The notes under the pieces were generated by a model. It searched no databases. It was not told the DNA's origin and saw only the letters and a program-made list of their open reading frames with translations. A program made the position numbers and the translations under genes. From Escherichia phage vB_EcoM_ESCO10, in the sequence record OM386655.1: DNA of 64,000 nt; one strand, written 5' to 3'. This document shows, piece after piece, positions 60,503 to 64,000 of this stretch (position 1 is its first letter; each line of letters begins with the position of its first letter).

Positions 60503-61537
60503 TTAGTATTTGTATTCGTTTGCGAACTGTTCAGTGACGTCTTCCAGAACTTCATAATAACATACACGCATTTTAGCATCACCGTAATCAACTGGGATAC
60601 TAACGACATCACGTGGGTTAACTTTACACGAAACTACTTTACAGCTTGAGCTACCAAAGTGGCCGATATAACTACGAGAGCAAACGTGTAGACCACTTGA
60701 ACAAGTTACTTCGTCGTCATCATTAACACGCGAACGAGGCATTTTAACTGGCTTACCTGGTGAGTTATCAAACGTACCAGTGCGACAGTCGGTGTAATCA
60801 GCGTTAACAACTTTCCATGTGATAAATTGGCCGTCTTCAGTGATTTTGATATCGTTCGCTACAAGGAAGTCGAACAGACGTTGCACAGCTTTTTCACTCG
60901 GGTTTTCTAACAGGTTCTCAAGGAACGGCAGGTAGAATTCGAAGTCTTCGCCGTTTTCCATTGAAGCAATAATACGGTCAATAAGACCGGAACGGAGTTC
61001 GATACCTTGATAGACTAGGCGACCGCCTTCAATACGAACGTTACCTTTAACGAAAGCCTTAACAGCTTCTTTAATAGAAATCAGTTTAATCGCATCATCG
61101 AAACGGGATTCTTTAAGAGCCTGTACAATGGTATCAAAATGTTTGTTCTTATTAGTGGTATTCCATACTGTACGTCCTTCAGTGATGGATACGAATTTAG
61201 TGCTTGCATTCCAAATAATTTCAGGACGCGAGCCACCAATGGTAACTTCAACCGGAACTACACGAGGCTCATTAGGAACTGTTACGGTAATATTTCCGGT
61301 AATAACCACTTTTGATGGTTCATTTAAAGGTACAGTAGGCGCTTTTTTAAGAGACTCTGCCATAGAATTAGCTACTTTAGAAAGATTAAATTCTTTATCG
61401 TTTTTAATGACCCTACGAATGGTATCAACCGAAACACTATACCACTCAGCCAGTTCTTGTTGAGTATAATTACCTGAAGCATACAGAGAAACAATTTGTT
61501 TTTGTTCGTATTCAGAGACACATTTAATATTATACAT
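60503..61537 (-). CDS. rIIB: rIIB membrane-associated protein
   Basis: strong match to T4 rIIB (MYNIKC...SGNYTQQELA...VSVDTIRRV...). Confidence 0.9.
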   Translation of the reverse strand: MYNIKCVSEYEQKQIVSLYASGNYTQQELAEWYSVSVDTIRRVIKNDKEFNLSKVANSMAESLKKAPTVPLNEPSKVVITGNITVTVPNEPRVVPVEVTIGGSRPEIIWNASTKFVSITEGRTVWNTTNKNKHFDTIVQALKESRFDDAIKLISIKEAVKAFVKGNVRIEGGRLVYQGIELRSGLIDRIIASMENGEDFEFYLPFLENLLENPSEKAVQRLFDFLVANDIKITEDGQFITWKVVNADYTDCRTGTFDNSPGKPVKMPRSRVNDDDEVTCSSGLHVCSRSYIGHFGSSSCKVVSCKVNPRDVVSIPVDYGDAKMRVCYYEVLEDVTEQFANEYKY

Positions 61538-61550
61538 AATATTTCCTAAG

Positions 61551-63761
61551 TTAAGCCGCTTCCACGGCTTTCATGAATTTAACGATTTGAGCTACAGAAG
61601 CCTCGGTAATGGATGTTCCACGACGATACATATAGTCTGAAACTAAATGGTAATCAGATTCAAACTGTACAGTCATTTTATCATTGTTGTTTGAAGCATT
61701 ATTGGTTAACGTATTGAACGTATTGTTACAGATTCTTTTGATAATAGAAAGTTTGTCATCAGTGATATACCCATGGAAATTCATATAACGGAATATATCA
61801 TAGAAATTACTCAGACGAGTATACGCTTCAGACACCGGCTTATCGCTGAAATACTTAGTCATAAACCCAAGCTCAGGGAACTTAGCAATTATTTCAAGAT
61901 AATACCGGGCGCGGGTATTGCTACCGATATAATCATCAATATCTACAGCATCTAATGCTTCAGCATAAGCTTCTAATGTGGCTTCCATTAGGCATTCGCA
62001 CTGGCCTAACTTTTTAATCTTTTTGGCAATCTGAGGACGAATGATATGGAATTCGGTAATACCTAACAAATTAGCCATACGAGTCATTGTAGTGGTGTTG
62101 ATATCAAAGTTACCATAAGCTTCATCCATTCCTAGGATATCAGAACGTCTACCGAACAACACATAACCTGAAATCTCTTCAGCTTCAGCCGCAGTCAAAT
62201 ACATTGTTTCTTGTTGCCAGCGACCGTCTTTAATGAACCAACGATATGCACTTGGTGTTTTAGGACGAGGTTCAGATGAACGAACTGTAACCGGAATCCA
62301 CGGCTTAACAATCTTATTCAGTTCCGAGACTTTATAAAAATGAATTGTGTCACCCTTAAAAAGAGCTTTAACTTTTTCAAGTTGCTGCATTTGCAGCATT
62401 GAATTCGGGTCAACAAAAATAAGGTCCGTTCCGTATTTAGGAATATTGTGCTCTTTAACAATTTTCTTGGCTTTGACAGAATTATCCATTGCTAGCGCCC
62501 ATAGACCTCGAACCAGAGGCACACGTCCCTTTTCGTCATCATAAACAACATGGATTTCTTTATTATTAATGCCTAATAAGCCGCTAAGTCCTGCCACGGA
62601 AGAAGTATTACCACTCGACTTAATTCGTTTCAAACGAGGGTCCGAAATAACTTCGTAAACTACACCTAAATTAACAAGGTCGTTTTGAAGCGTATAACGT
62701 TGGTACAATTTCTCGTATGTTAATTTTTCAGTTGTGAACTGTTTAGTAACACCTCTTTTAGAAAGGTATTCACGAGCACTATAACCGAGGTTAGCAAGGT
62801 CGCGATAAACATGACGCGGATTATCAGATTCCACCCATTCTTTTGTATCATTTTTAAAGACTACTGCATCTAGGGCTTCAATGCGGGTTGCAATATTTTC
62901 CATAGTACGCTTATCAAGCGACAACGCTTCACGAGATGGAGCAATATCTAATGAACCCATAGGGAACTTAATATAAACTACATCATGACGGGTACGCATC
63001 CATGTGCCTTTAATATAGGCAGAATCTAATGGATAAACAATACCGCCATAAACAGCATAAAGTCCTGAACGTTCAAAATCACCGTAGCCTGTATCAGTTA
63101 CTGAATGGTAGTCTTCGAACTCAGGGAAATAATTAACTTCGACACCATCGACATCACCTAGTCCAATGAAAGGACGCATGATATAACGAATTTCAGTTTC
63201 AAACTTACGGAAATCTTCTTCGTCAACAGGAACAGTGATTTCAATACCTGTTTTATCGCCAGGTTGCATCGGTTCGACAAAAGTAGGTTTAATCTGTGGG
63301 CCATCACCATCCATATAAGCTACATAACCACGAACTTCACCATTATGCCATGATGTAATGTTAAACGTTTCTGTATAACTAAATGGAGATTTCGAACCAA
63401 GTCCAAAGCCGCCAATAAAATCGTTAGAAGCCGTTTTGGATGAAGCGAAATAAGAGTTATACAAACCTGTTTCATTTTCATCACCACGAATCTGGAAATC
63501 ACTCATGCCTGGGCCGAAGTCTCGACATACGAAACGTGGGTCAAGCTTACCAGGAACCTGTACTTTCCAACGTTCTTTATTACCATTCAGAATATGGGCA
63601 TCAATCATGTTGGTGATTAGTTCACGAACTACAGCACGTACCTTATTACTATAAAGGTCTGATGACAAAATTTTAAAGACCTTAGGAGAAGCCTGGATAG
63701 TAAAGCCTGTAGACTTAGAGCCGTTACCGATGATTTGTTCTTTTTCAGTTTCAATAATCAT
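61551..63761 (-). CDS. rIIA: rIIA protein (GHKL-type ATPase fold)
   Basis: 736 aa, synteny adjacent to rIIB. Confidence 0.9.
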   Translation of the reverse strand: MIIETEKEQIIGNGSKSTGFTIQASPKVFKILSSDLYSNKVRAVVRELITNMIDAHILNGNKERWKVQVPGKLDPRFVCRDFGPGMSDFQIRGDENETGLYNSYFASSKTASNDFIGGFGLGSKSPFSYTETFNITSWHNGEVRGYVAYMDGDGPQIKPTFVEPMQPGDKTGIEITVPVDEEDFRKFETEIRYIMRPFIGLGDVDGVEVNYFPEFEDYHSVTDTGYGDFERSGLYAVYGGIVYPLDSAYIKGTWMRTRHDVVYIKFPMGSLDIAPSREALSLDKRTMENIATRIEALDAVVFKNDTKEWVESDNPRHVYRDLANLGYSAREYLSKRGVTKQFTTEKLTYEKLYQRYTLQNDLVNLGVVYEVISDPRLKRIKSSGNTSSVAGLSGLLGINNKEIHVVYDDEKGRVPLVRGLWALAMDNSVKAKKIVKEHNIPKYGTDLIFVDPNSMLQMQQLEKVKALFKGDTIHFYKVSELNKIVKPWIPVTVRSSEPRPKTPSAYRWFIKDGRWQQETMYLTAAEAEEISGYVLFGRRSDILGMDEAYGNFDINTTTMTRMANLLGITEFHIIRPQIAKKIKKLGQCECLMEATLEAYAEALDAVDIDDYIGSNTRARYYLEIIAKFPELGFMTKYFSDKPVSEAYTRLSNFYDIFRYMNFHGYITDDKLSIIKRICNNTFNTLTNNASNNNDKMTVQFESDYHLVSDYMYRRGTSITEASVAQIVKFMKAVEAA

Positions 63762-63768
63762 ATTTTTC

Positions 63769-63972
63769 TCAATTCAGGTTACGTTTAAAAATATCTGCTA
63801 CTTCAAGGAGCTCATCCTTAGTAGCGATGTCGTTGAGTATTTTATACCGTATTTCCTTAAAGCGTTCTTTAAAATCTTCAGCCGCATTGATATCAAAAAA
63901 TCTCTGAATTAGCCGGAATTCTTTGTGGACCGCTTTATCAAACAAATCAATATTGACTTTAAAGTTTGTCAT
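63769..63972 (-). CDS. hypothetical protein (rIIA.1 position, 67 aa)
   Basis: ORF track. Confidence 0.4.
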   Translation of the reverse strand: MTNFKVNIDLFDKAVHKEFRLIQRFFDINAAEDFKERFKEIRYKILNDIATKDELLEVADIFKRNLN

Positions 63973-64000
63973 TTTTAACTACCTCATGTTGAACATATTC

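Overview
This 64-kb window reads as a contiguous block of a T4-like (Tevenvirinae) myovirus genome, with nearly gap-free T4 synteny. All calls rest on reading the six-frame translations and the DNA by eye against remembered T4 protein sequences and gene order; no database search was run. Order, left to right: a 5'-truncated collagen-like gene and a Hoc-like paralog, hoc, inh-like, uvsW, an HNH homing endonuclease, uvsW.1, uvsY, baseplate genes 25/26/51/27/28/29/48/54, two tandem Alt ADP-ribosyltransferase paralogs, DNA ligase (30), the 30.x cassette, rIII-like, 31, cd, pseT, a spanin pair, alc-like, rnlA, denA, nrdB, nrdA, td, frd, 32, 59, 33, dsbA, rnh, long-tail-fiber genes 34-38, holin t, asiA, motA, 52, stp, ndd, denB-like, rIIB and rIIA. 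The track often extends ORFs to upstream TTG/GTG codons, so several starts were moved to internal ATGs with a Shine-Dalgarno sequence. Short ORFs below the track cutoff (stp, small membrane peptides, uvsY.-1/-2-like) were added by hand. Regulatory DNA follows T4 rules: sigma70-like early promoters (GTTTAC, ~17 bp, TAnnAT) on the minus strand, MotA-box middle promoters, TATAAATA late promoters, and UUCG/GNRA-loop hairpin terminators. Motif coordinates were counted by eye and may be off by 1-2 bp. Most likely to be new: the collagen-like/Hoc-paralog module at the left edge, the intact tandem Alt duplication, the HNH gene wedged between uvsW and uvsW.1, promoter-embedded inverted repeats that would sequester ribosome-binding sites only in read-through transcripts, and small-ORF cassettes bracketed by repeated promoter units.
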